Below are positions 37,160-49,241 of a stretch of DNA of 64,000 bases, piece by piece (the first letter of the stretch is position 1; the number at the start of each line of letters is the position of its first letter). Position numbers and translations under genes: made by a program. The DNA is taken from NCBI GenBank assembly GCA_030390025.1, contig CM059432.1, positions 119,538,001 to 119,602,000 on the forward strand. The letters are read 5' to 3'. The notes under the pieces were generated by a model. That model saw only the letters and a program-made list of their open reading frames with translations. It made no database searches and was not told the DNA's origin. This DNA comes from Squalus acanthias (lineage: Eukaryota).

Positions 37160-37650
37160 GATCTGGGGTTTCATTCGGGGGAAACAGGTTCTGATGAGGT
37201 GCTCAAGGACAGCCCGCCTGGAACGGGGATCTGCTGCCTTCCTCCTCCCTTCCTCCTCTTCCTCCACCTCCTCTTAATCCTCTTCCTCCTCCTGCTCCTC
37301 ATGAGCTGGTTGTGGAATCCATGGTGGCAAGGGCTGTGACGTAAGAAAACTACTAGGCACTTGGTCTAAGCGTTAAACAAGGCTTTAATCAACTGTTTTT
37401 CAACATGGAGATCTAGTTGTGTCCTTCACTAGTTCCTGTCAAAGAATGTCCTGAGCAAGCTGGGCCCATGCCCGAGTATTTATACTCTCCCTGGACAGCG
37501 CCACCAGCAGGCCGCCCAGTATTATTTCATAAGTCATATCCACATGAATGACAAGATTCATGTCAGGCTGCACCATCGCGATAGCCAAGTTGTGGAGGAT
37601 GCAGCAGACCACCACAAAATGGGACAGGCATTATGTACTGGAGCTTTCTA
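37160..37650 (-). pseudogene. Harbinger transposase C-terminal remnant, convergent with the Myb gene
   Basis: FVVVCCILHNLAI..QPLPP, acidic run, then LEHLIRTCF; split by a solo LTR. Confidence 0.75.
37337..37565 (-). mobile_element. 229-bp solo LTR
   Basis: TGACGT...ATGTCA termini; perfect 5-bp TSD GGCTG; minus-strand TATAAATA (~37480) followed by ATTAAA (~37386). Confidence 0.8.
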
Positions 37651-37964
37651 CGGTAAAAAAAATGGCGGCGTGGTGATGTCAATCGGCGTGCAATGCCAAC
37701 CTAACGTCACCAACTGGATCTTCGACCCTAGCGCTGGGTCCTAATCACGTCAAGTTAACCTGGCATGCAAGCGGGCTGACAGTGGCAATGTCTGCACCTC
37801 CTAAAGGGACACGCACATCATTCAGGTAAATTTGAATTTAAGGGTTTGGACTGTTTTTTTTTAATTTTATTGAAGTGGTGGCTTGCTGCAATAGATGTGA
37901 AAAGATTTTAAGTGTGTAGGGAGTGCTGCTGGACACTTGTATGGTAAATGAAAGCCTTAGAGAA

Positions 37965-38106
37965 TTCAGAACATGCTGCAAATACTCAGCAGGTCACACA
38001 ACATCCATGGAGAGAAAAATAGAGTTCACGTCTCAGGTCGAGATGCTGCCTGACCAGCTGAGTATTTCCAGCATTTTATGCTGTCATTTCAAATTTACAG
38101 CATCCG
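37965..38106. repeat. Inverted pair of Penelope terminal fragments
   Basis: ATGCTGCAAATACTCAGCAGGTCA...TGACCAGCTGAGTATTTCCAGCAT; homologous to 27125-27235. Confidence 0.7.
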
Positions 38107-38666
38107 CTTGTAGATGGAAGAGGAAGACGCGGAAGAGGAGGAAGCCGAAGAGGTGGAGTCAGATGGAAGGATGCATCCTAGACAGCCCCTTTGTGGCTGG
38201 GATATCCGGGCTGGGCAGCTGCCTGTCTGTGACCCACTGGTTGGGCAGGCTGCCTGTTCTTGTTGACCCACTGGTTGGGCAGGCTGCCTGTTCTTGTTGA
38301 CCCACTGGTTGGGCAGGCTGCATTTCTTGGGTGTGTGAAATGAGGAAGGCACAAGGGTGGAGTCGGTGCTGATGGGAGGGCAGGAAAGCAAGAGGTGCAT
38401 GCCAGAAGGAGGATAACGTACAAGGATACCCGCATCTTGTATCCTTTCAGCCCTGCTGCTGGCCAAGGGCTCAGCCACGCCCCTGCCAAGAATGGCCTGC
38501 ACCGTCTCCTCCAAGGGGGTGAGGTGAGGCTAGGAATGAGAGATGTGCCTCGTCATTGGTGCAGATTGTTTGTAGGTGGGTGATTGGGGAGGAGTTGTGC
38601 ATTGAGCAGTTTGTGAGGCTAGTGGTGCAGTTGGTAGGAGACGGTTTTTGAAGATGCATTCACTGA

Positions 38667-38895
38667 CCTTGACCAGTGGTCTGAGGTCATGAAGCTTCTT
38701 GGGCACTGGAGCCAGGTGTTTGGGTCGACTCTGCTGGCAGTGACGGCCTTAGTGATGTGGTCCCACATCCTTCTTTCTGGAGGGCCTCCTGGTCCCTGTG
38801 GGTCGAGGGCCAGTCTTGCAGTGTTGAACCCCCGTACAAAGCTGGAGTGCTGCATGTGAGGCCCTCGGTGCCCCTTCCCTGGCTTGCTGAGCCAT
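38667..38895 (-). pseudogene. Harbinger Myb-like exon 1 remnant
   Basis: MAQQAREG start; TWLQC...K|GTCAGT; intron resembles 35381-35470. Confidence 0.7.
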
Positions 38896-39860
38896 TTGTG
38901 TTAGTGCTGAGGCAATTTAACCATTTGTTGAGGTTAGGAAGGTAATTCTGCTTTAACAGCTGAATATTCACATTTGGAACTTCTTTTAAATATTGAATAT
39001 TTCTTAAAAGGCAGAACGGTCTGAAAAATGTATTGATTCACTGTATTTTATTTTGTAATGCTTCAGTGTGCATAGGCCCCTTTAATTCTCAGACCTCTGC
39101 ATTGCCCACAATTCCCTGCGAGCTCCACGGCTTCGCTCCCAGAGGCTGTGAGAAGCTCCAACACCCGACCTGGACAGAAACTTCGTCCCGGATCCCTCCA
39201 GCAACCCCACCAGGACGACATTGTACGGAAGGTGAGCGTTGCGCCACCAATCTCCATGCCCCCCAGACCAATTTCACTTGGCTGGCGATGCGGCCATTTT
39301 CAGTGACCGTTAACTGCAGTTGCCGCTAACACCGGCAACTTTGCTGGCGAACACGGATTTTTCCCCCAGGTGTTTTCCATTTGCAGCACCACTCCCTTTC
39401 ATCTTATCAACTTTAAATAACCGTAGAAAGCTCCAAGCAGGTGCACAAACTTACACAGAGCCGATAGAAATCAAAAAGCAAGTCAGCTGCAACTTGCTGC
39501 TGATCCCTTTAAATACCGCTGGTGGGGGGGTCCTTCCTGCTGCTGAACGCACGTTCAGCTGGTCGTGATTTGGACAGGGCATTGAATGGAGTGGCGACGT
39601 CAAAAATAGCAGGTCGTGCATCAAATCAACTCATTGAGGTCACGATCTGCCTCATTAGCATTTTTCTAGCACGCGCAGGCAACGGCTGCTGCTGACCTTC
39701 CCAAAATGGCGGCCGCTGCAGGACACGCCGGAAGTGGGCGGGAACGAGGCAGCTGCCATTTTTTCTCTGAAAACAGCCTGATCAGCCAGCACTAAGGTGC
39801 GAAATTTTGCGGCCAAGGCCCTTCCAACCGACATACTAGTAACACACCAACAAACCATAT

Positions 39861-42274
39861 GGGGGAAATGTTAACCTCACCCCCCGCCACGATGGGCGGG
39901 AGAGGGTCGCGGGGGGTGGGTTAATTTGGTAAAAATGTGAAACCTGACCCCAGCCCGCCGTAAGCACGCCTACTTCCGGTTTAACTGCGTCGGGTTGGGG
40001 GTGAGGGGGGTCGGGCATCCGAATAACCCGCTCTGAAGAAGCGGGTCTGTGATTTTATTAATCAAATGAGGCTCCGCTCCTCAGGCTTTGGGATCCATTA
40101 AAATTTGACGGCTGCGAGCCGGGTTTCCCAGGGCCGGGAGATGACAGCACTGCTTGTGGGCCAGGAGGAGAAAGAGTGTTTAACGCCCGACCACCCCCCG
40201 ACGACCCCCGTCCCCGCAAGCAAACCTTCTGCTGCAATCTCTCCCTCCCTGCAATCGACTGACCCCTGTGATCTCTGCTCCCAACGATCTCTCCTACCCG
40301 CGATCTCTCATACCCGTGATCTCTCATACCCGTGATCTCTCATACCCGCGATCTCTGCTCCCAGCGATCTCTCATACCCGCGATCTCTCATACTCGCGAT
40401 CTCTCATACCCACGATCTCTCATACCCGCGATCTCTGCTCCCAGCGATCTCTCATACCCGCGATCTCTCATACCCGCGATCTCTGCTCCCAACGATCTCT
40501 CATACCCGCGATCTCTCATACCCGCGATCTCTGCTCCCAACGATCACTCATACCCGCGATCTCTCATACCCGCGATCTCTCATACCCGCGATCTCTCATA
40601 CCCGCGATCTCTCATACCCGCGATCTCTCATACCCGTGATCTCTCATACCCGCGATCTCTCATACCCGCGATCTCTGCTCCCAGCGATCTCTCATACCCG
40701 CGATCTCTCATACCCACGATCTCTGCTCCCAGCGATCTCTCATACCCGCGATCTCTGCTCCCAGCGATCACTCATACCCACGATCTCTGCTCCCAGCGAT
40801 CTCTCATACCTGCGATCTCTCATACCCGCGATCCCTGCTCCCAGCGATCACTCATACCCGCGATCTCTCATACCCGCGATCTCTCATACCCGCGATCTCT
40901 GCTCTCAGCGATCTCTCATACCCGCGATCTCTCATACCCGCGATCTCTGCTCCCAGCGATCTCTGCTCCCAGCGATCTCTCATACCCGCGATCTCTGCTC
41001 CCAGCGATCTCTCATACCCGCGATCTCTGCTCCCAGTGATCTCTCATACCCGTGATCTCTGCTCCCAGTGATCTCTCATACCCGCGATCTCTCATACCCG
41101 CGATCTCTCATACCCGCGATCTCTGCTCCCAGTGATCTCTCATACCCGTGATCTCTGCTCCCAGTGATCTCTCATACCCGTGATCTCTGCTCCCAGTGAT
41201 CACTCATACCCGAGCTCTCTGCTCCCAGTGATCTCTCATACCCGTGATCTCTGCTCCCAGCGATCTCTCATACCAGCGATCTCTGCTCCCAGCGATCTCT
41301 CATACCCGCGATCTCTGCTCCCAGCGATCTCTCACACCCGTGATCTCTGCTCCCAGTGATCTCTCATACCCGCGATCTCTGCTCCCAGCGATCTCTGCTC
41401 CCAGCGATCTCTCATACCCGCGATCTCTGCTCCCAGCGATCTCTCATACCCGCGATCTCTGCTCCCAGTGATCTCTCATACCCGCGATCTCTCATACCCG
41501 CGATCTCTGCTCCCAGTGATCTCTCATACCCGTGATCTCTGCTCCCAGTGATCTCTCATACCCGCGATCTCTGCTCCCAGTGATCTCTCATACCCGTGAT
41601 CTCTGCTCCCAGTGATCTCTCATACCCGTGATCTCTGCTCCCAGCGATCTCTCATACCCGTGATCTCTGCTCCCAGTGATCACTCATACCCGCGATCTCT
41701 GCTCCCAGCGATCACTCATACCCGCGATCTCTGCTCCCAGTGATCTCTCATACCCGCGATCTCTGCTCCCAGCGATCTCTCATACCCGCAATCTCTCCTA
41801 CCCACGATCTCTGCTCCCAGCGATCTCTCATACCCGCAATCTCTCCTACCCGCGATCTCTGCTCCCAGCGATCTCTGCTCCCAGCGATCACTCATACCCG
41901 TGATCTCTGCTCCCAGCGATCACTCATACCCGCGATCTCTGGTCCCAGTGATCTCTCATACCTGCGATCTCTGCTCCCAGCCATCTCTCCACCCCCCGTG
42001 CAATTTCTCCCTCCCTCCTTTCTCGCTGCCGCAATCCGAGGCATCTTCTCCAATTGCCGGGGACCACCCCCACCGGCTCAGGGCCCCTGATTTGCATAAC
42101 CAATCAGCCCAATGTTTGTGTCAGGCAGGCGCCCTGGGTAAATAAAAGTCGCCCGATCCAATATGGTGGCTATGAACATCAGGTGCAGATCAGGAGACGT
42201 GGCCCGATTTTGTTAAGTATCTCCCTCATTTAACGTCTGCAAAAATGGCCAAAATGAGGTTGAATTTCTCCCCC
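39861..42274. mobile_element. Non-autonomous Harbinger-type element carrying a minisatellite
   Basis: Ends GGGGGAAATGTTAACCTCA / TGAGGTTGAATTTCTCCCCC; TSD not matched. Confidence 0.65.
40270..41981 (+). repeat. 16-bp minisatellite, 107 units, two interspersed variants
   Basis: A=GATCTCTCATACCCGC, B=GATCTCTGCTCCCAGC; 1712 bp = 107 x 16. Confidence 0.97.
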
Positions 42275-43199
42275 AGAGAAACTGATAACTTTCTCATTTA
42301 CCATATTGAAACAAAGCGACTCTTATACAGAGATTGTTAACATCCCCCTACTTCCCAATTAGCTGTCCAGCATCACGTTATCAGGACACAGTCAAAAGAA
42401 CCCCTGATGAGACAATTGCAAAGGCCATTGCCAATGTACCAATTAGTGGCCTGGTGATCAATATTAACTGTTTCTGGGTGAACTTTGCATTTGCCTGGAC
42501 AGAGATGATTCTTTCTCCTTTGAAGTAGCATCAGCGTGAGATAGATCATCAGATAGATTTTATGAATTCATGCTCCTGATGCAAATCTTTGCACACCTGG
42601 AGTGCATTTCAGGAATGAGGTCATGAAGGTCAGTGCACCCGTAGGATTTTGTGTTCATTCATTTTAATGGGTAGAAAATCCAGTAAAACCCACTGACCTC
42701 TGTCACTGAATCCCAGCATATGCTGCCAGTGCACGAAGCTTTGCGCCCAAGTGCATGAAATTCATAAAATGTGCTCTGATGTATGCTTCATGTACACACA
42801 GACAGGCTGCTTTCAGCATGCAGGAAGCAGATTAAAGTGGCTAATACCCCAGGCAGCTCACAAACTGCTTATAAAAATATATATCATACAGGGATTCTTG
42901 TGTTATTAAACAGGTCTGAAGTCTAGTCGGTCGCACATAGTTTAAAAAGGAGGAGGTCCTATCTGATCAACCACCTTGACCTTTTGGAGGAGGTGGCACT
43001 CCCAAGTTGACAGTTGGGAGCCCCTACGTCACAGGCCGGGAATTTTCTTGGAGCAGAATTTCCGCCACCACAACCTCACCAGAAGTGTGGCCTAAACCCT
43101 GGCTTATGCTGGTAAATGACGTTTACGCCGCACTTCTGGTGAAGTTATGGCGGCAGAGCCGGACCAGCTCCAAGGTAACTCCATGTCAATAGTGCACCT

Positions 43200-43617
43200 A
43201 GAGTTCAAGTCCCACTCCAGAGATTGAGGACAAAATCTAGGCTGACACTCCAGTGCAGTGCTGAGGGAGTGCTGCACCGTCGGAGGGCCCGTCTTTCGGA
43301 TGAGACGTTAAACCGATGCCCCGTCTGCTCTCTCAGGTGGACGTAAAAGATCCCGTGGCACTACTTTGAAGAAGAGCAGAGGAGTTATCCCCGGTGTCCT
43401 GGCCAATATTTATCCCTCAATCAACATAAGAAAAACAGATTATCTGGTCATTATCACATTGCTGTTTGTGGGAGCTTGCTGTGCACAAATTGGCTGCCTC
43501 ATTTCCTGCATTACAGCAGTGACTACACTCCAAAAAGTACTTAATTGGCTGTAAAGTGCTTTGGGACGTCCAGTGATTGTGAAAAGCGCTATAGAAATGC
43601 AAGTCTTTCTTTTCTTT
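43200..43617 (+). mobile_element. Deu-domain SINE
   Basis: B box GAGTTCAAGTCC, full body, tail AAATGCAAGTCTTTCTTTTC. Confidence 0.88.
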
Positions 43618-44913
43618 TAGAGTTACAGAAAACATGCGTGTTAAAGTTCCACATTAAAGATTGCTACACAAGCTTAGAGTGTTGGCTATCCATGCCAGCA
43701 CCAGGGTGTGGATTATGAATTGGCTGAATGAGAGGAAGCAGCAGCTAGTAAGCTCAGAGCGGGGAAATATTGAGCAGAGTATCCCAAGGTTTGATGCTGG
43801 GGTTCCTGCTGTTTCTAATCTGCATCAACTATCCCGACTCAGGAACACAATGTAATTTGGTAAAATTCACAAATATAATCAGTCTTATGCCATGAAATAT
43901 AATAAATATTTACGTCAAAAATACACATTTTTACACTTTCACACTGCACACTCTCTGAGTGCTCCACTGGGTGTCACGAGGAAACCTTGGACCTCCCAAG
44001 CCCCGGGTTTTCCCCCCCTCCCCCTGATGCACTTCCCTGACTGCCAGGGCAGTTCCCTGCTGGTGCCCTACTGCTGCCCGCAATGCTGCCCCCGCCTGCC
44101 AGCTAGGTACTGATTCCTGCTGGGATCGGGCAGCAGACACTTCTGAGAGACGGAAGTGAGACGCGGGAGTTAAAATGGCCCGGGTCTCACTGCAGCATGG
44201 ATAGGCGAGATTGACGCTCGCTACGCCAAACTTGTACCCCGAGTTAAAATCGGGGCTATTATATTTATCCATAGAATTTACTATAATGAGTGATATGATA
44301 CTCACATTCCCAAGTGAATACTTCTAGGTCATAATCATTAACATGTTATCTATTTTTAGTTCATCCTGAGTTTGAACCCCCCGCCCTCCCCCTCCCTTTG
44401 CATCCTTGAGGGATCTCAGTTCTTCTCTGATCCTTTTTATGCATTTCAGTTCTATAAAACATTTTTAAAGGCCCCAGAACCACTTGGGACACAAAATTGG
44501 TCTGAACAGAAATGCACAAGCAGTTAACTAAATGTTGCTGCTAATTAACATCTTGCGACCCATGCCGGTTCTATAAACACCAGGGGACATCAACTCATGC
44601 TCGTGTTTATCAGTTCCTGGTAAGTTCTTTATCAACCATGGCCAAGCAGATAGCACTGACATCATTGCAGTCAACACTAGACAGATGTCCCAGTGTAGCA
44701 GCTATGGGGTAGAAGCTGCCAATATATTGCTGCTCCTATTCTAGTGCTGTCAGCAGTCCCTCCTCAGTCAGCAGATGTTGTTTTTCATCCTCAATGGCAA
44801 TGTTGTGCAGCACACTGTCACTATTTTGTCACCTTTTACCGGGGGCATACAAGAGTCGATTGCCAGAGGGGTCCAGGCACCTGAGGCTCTGACCATACAA
44901 AAGGCCTCATGAT

Positions 44914-45676
44914 TGCCCAGAAATTTGGGTCGGAGGCTTCCCGCGGGTGCAAGCATAGCGGGTGCACTTACATAGCGCGCCTGCCATTGTGCTGTTGGCC
45001 CGCGTGGGATTCCGATCCTGGGCCTCCTCCAGCTGCCGGTGTGCAGTGCTCGCGTGACCCTGCGGCGCAACTAGTTCGCACCATCCCCTGGGATCACGTG
45101 GTCCATGGGGAGCCAATCGGAGCAGGGAATCTCCATTCATAGATTTGACAGGAAGACCTGTCAAATCTATGAATAGAGATCGGCCCCAAAACCTAAGTAA
45201 AACTTCAAATATTTTTTTTTTTAAATCACATTTTTAAAATAACTGTAAATTACATAAATTAACTATTTTAAACAAAAATTTAAATTTTTGAATTTTTTTT
45301 TTAAAGTTTTTAACGGGGCTAAAAATAAACTTACCTTTCTTTAAAGTATTTAAAAATGATAAACCAGTGGAAAAAATGTTTCAATTTTACTTAATTCACC
45401 ACTTACCTTGCTAAAAGCAGTCCTTGCGCTTGCTTTTTCCACGCGCAGCTGCTAGGGACTTACCCGCACGGAGAAACCTGTAAAAAAAGCGGAAGTTCGC
45501 TGCGTGCGCGCTGTCTCTCCCGCGCACGCAGTTGACCCGCGAACCCCTTCCTTCAAGAGACCGGAAGTTCCGGTTTCCCGTGCATGCGCAGTGCATGTGT
45601 GAAACTGGCACTTCCGGTGGCCCTACGGGTGAGTACACAGTGCGTACTCACCCGTGGGGACCCGAATTTCTGGGCC
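44914..45676 (+). mobile_element. MITE family B copy 2
   Basis: TGCCCAGAAATTTGG...CCGAATTTCTGGGCC; flanks GAT/AAT; colinear with 8506-9267. Confidence 0.92.
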
Positions 45677-46149
45677 AATAAGTTATGCTGCAGGTCAGAC
45701 CCGGTGTGTGGCATGCACAGAGATGCCTTGAGCAGTGCATGAGCCACATACATGTTGATTGTGTAGTGGGGGCTCTGTCAGTATGTCATCATTTGCTGAC
45801 AAAAATCAGCATGGATCAGGCCCCTTTCCCCCAGTGTGCCTCATCAATCTGAGTATGTCGGTTAATGTACTGGACCAAGACTCTTTCTATTCTCTGCCCC
45901 ACTGCTAGGGCAGGGATTGCTGTAGGTGGGAATTCCCATGAGAACAGGAATTCCTGCCTGCAGTATACAGAGACACAACAATCCCTGTTCCAGCGCTAGC
46001 AGCAGTGCAGAGAGGAGAAAGTTTCCTGGTCCAACTGTTTCTGAAGCTATTGGTCAGCTTTTGCTAGTTTTCAAGGTTGATATGTATGAGGTCATTACTT
46101 TACAGGCACCAATTGCACCTTCCATCCCCTGGGTGAGCTCAGTAGCCTT

Positions 46150-46479
46150 GCCTAGGCATAAGATATCTGGCTACTCCAGGGAAATTAAATGTGCATAATT
46201 CTAAAATGGTGTCAACCATGGTGTGGTCACATACCATCTGCACATTAAGCGAGTGAACAACCTTTTGCTTTCTGTATACCTAACATCACTGGACAATACA
46301 GCACAAGGGTACAATCAATTATTCCCTGGACCCTAAGGCACCATGTATGTCGATTAAAACCCCATCAGCTTTGAGATTGTATGTGCTGCTGTATGTATTA
46401 GCGGGCATGACCAAACAGTGCATCGGTCACCTGTCTAATGTCCTGGAAGCTGCTAGGATCATAGAAATTGAGAGTTCGT
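46150..46479 (-). pseudogene. Old Harbinger transposase remnant
   Basis: LNFY, RVQGIIDCT, HSLNVQMVCDH on the minus strand. Confidence 0.7.
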
Positions 46480-47201
46480 GAGGCAGAAATTCCGTTCCCT
46501 ATGGGTGTGTACGCGCTGTGTACTCACCCGTAGGGCCAACGGAAATGCCGGTTTTAGGCATGCACTGTGCATGTGCTGGAAACCGGCATTTCCGATCTGT
46601 CAAGAAAGCTCTTGACAGATCCTCCGGCTGCCTGGGAGAAGGGCCTCTGCGGGTGGAGAGTTCCATTTTTTGGAGACCCTCCGCCCACAGAAAACACTTA
46701 CAATTTCTTGCCAGGATAAGAGTTGAACAAAAGTTTAAAAAAAACTTTCCACTGATTTATCGTTTAAAAATACTTTAAAGAAAGGTGAGTTTATTTTTAG
46801 CCCTGTTAAAAACTTTAATATTTTTTTTCAAAAAATAAAATTTTTGTTTAAAATACTTAATTTATGTAATTTAAAGTCATTTTAAAAATGTTGATTTTTA
46901 AAAAAAATTATTTAAAGTTCTACTATGTTTTGGGGTGATCTCCATTCATATATTTAACAGGTCTTCCTGTCAAATGTATGAAGGGAGATTCCCTTCTCTG
47001 ATTGGCTCCCCATGGCCCACGTGATCCCAGGGATGCTGCGAACCGTCTGCGCCTCTGGGATACGTGGGCCCTGTGCACCGGCAGTTTGGAGAGGCCCAGC
47101 AACGGAACTCTGCGCCTCCCGGGAGCCCTCCGGTCCAGGCGCAGGTTTTTCCAGATCGCAGCCCTCCGCCCGCGGGAGGCCTGCAAACGAATTTCTGGGC
47201 C
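46480..47201 (-). mobile_element. MITE family B, subfamily 2 (inverted orientation)
   Basis: GAGGCAGAAATTCCG...CGAATTTCTGGGCC; same AT-rich core, hairpin, CCAAT and CACGTG. Confidence 0.88.
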
Positions 47202-49241
47202 AAGGTTTTCTTGATTGCCACAAGGAGGGCAACGCTGATGAAAGCTGATCATTCAGGAAGTGCCACTGGTCACTAAGCACCTCTTTGGGCAGCCTCGACC
47301 CATACACAAAATAATCTACAATTAGGAACAGGTAACTGCTTCTTGGTCTGTACGCTCTACTCTGGTTGTAGCTTGTATGGCTAGTTAAGTGTTTAGATGG
47401 CACTGACAACTATTAGCAAGCATTAGTTGGCAGTATTAAGCAGTACAGATTAAAATAACACCAGAAAGTTAGTGCTAATAAGTTCTTTTCTCACAGGCTG
47501 GAAAATCCTGCTAATGCTGTTTTCCCAGCTTTCTGCCCCATTTACCACCAATCTCCAGGGATTGTAGCAATGAGTTCATATTCCCTTTACTCGTGTCTGC
47601 ATAAGAACATATTTCTTTTTCTTCTCAGCAATGGCCAAAAACTACCTAAAATCGGACAAGGGACTGAGGTTGTGTAAAATTTTACATTACATAGGATTGC
47701 ATAGGATATACAGCACAGAAACAGGCCATACCGCCCAACCAGTCCATGCCGGTGTTTATGCTCCACACGAGCCTCCTCCCATCTTTCTTCATATAACTCT
47801 ATCAGCATAATCTCCATTCCCTTCTCCCATATATGTTTATTTAGCCTCCCCTTACATGCATCTATACTATTTGCCTCAACCACTCGCTGTGGTAGCGAGT
47901 TCCACATTCTCACCACTCTCTGGATAAATAAGTTTCTTCTGAATTCCCTATTTCATTTCTTGGTGGCTATCTTATATTGATGGCCTCTAGTTTAGCTAGT
48001 TAGGGTTTCATTACTGATGCTATAGAAATGTATTTGTAGTGTTGAATTCAACAAATTGCAAAAAAAAATGCATGAACTTTTTGAAAGTAGACTCACATTT
48101 GTGTCTTTAAGTGTTCCTCTGGTGGTGCATTCATTAACTCTTTTACATAAAATATCTTTGTGCATTATTTTAATGCATTTGTTAATCTTATATTGTCTTA
48201 TCTCATACATTTTCATATTGACCAGTGCGACCCCTCAGTGCGTCAGTAACTTTACTGCCCACTTACCACCAAACAGAATATTTTAGTCTGGCTTTAAGGG
48301 GATTTTGAGTGATATTATTCTGGTTCCACAGATTCCAGTACATATTTTACATAGTGGAAAACGATTACTGCCAGCGAACTAAAAACACCAAATTAAATAA
48401 TTATTTAAGGGCCGATCCAATTAAATTAAGTGGCAATATATATTTTGATTTGACAAGTACAACATCAGGCTTATAAATTGCATTTCGACCAGGTTTTGTT
48501 GCTGCCAACAGACCTAAGCCAATATATTAATGCGTGTGTTCATTTTGAAAATACCCGACAGATTTTGTAATATATTTGCATTATTTCACTAAACCACTAT
48601 GAGTGATGAAGCATGACTACAATTTTCTCTAACATTTCTGCTTGATCCAGTGTGTGCAAAAAGTGTATTGTTCTGGGTGGATAAACAGGAAGGCACGAAT
48701 AGTTTTGTGGAAAAAATAATTTCCAAGTTTCAACTGGCACAAGCCAAACCATCCTTCACTTGAGTATCTGAATGAAAGTAGAACCCACAGGAGAGAGGAC
48801 CACCATATGTGACAGCAGATTCAGAAACAGTCAAGAATTGCACCAAAGATAGTGAACAGGTTTTCAATCTGTTTAGGAAGTGGGAATAGAGAAATTGCAT
48901 GAAGGAGAAATGAAGACATGACCAAGAAGTGATAAAAAATAAAGGCTCTGAAATTACGCTATGGAATGCAAGCTTGGGAATGCTTAATGAATTTGTCTGA
49001 AGTTTCCCTCTCCAACATTATAACAGAGGCATTAAACCATTTATTTTGAACAGAGACAGTGATTTCAGAAAGATTTGTTAGGTGTCTGTCTGCTAGTTTT
49101 ATGCCTGGAATAATTTCACGACCAGTTTCGTGAAGTAACCATGTAAAATGGTACAGTTCAATCCCCTGGTTCGGGCAGATAGGCACAGTCTGCTGCAGTA
49201 CTGAGCTATTCAGAAGAGGACGTGTCCAGGTTCAATCTCTG

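Noticed and set aside
40270..41981. CRISPR-like array, or repeat-protein ORFs (40268-42145)
   Set aside because: No unique spacers, no cas genes, eukaryotic context; the ORFs are by-products of a stop-poor 16-bp repeat.
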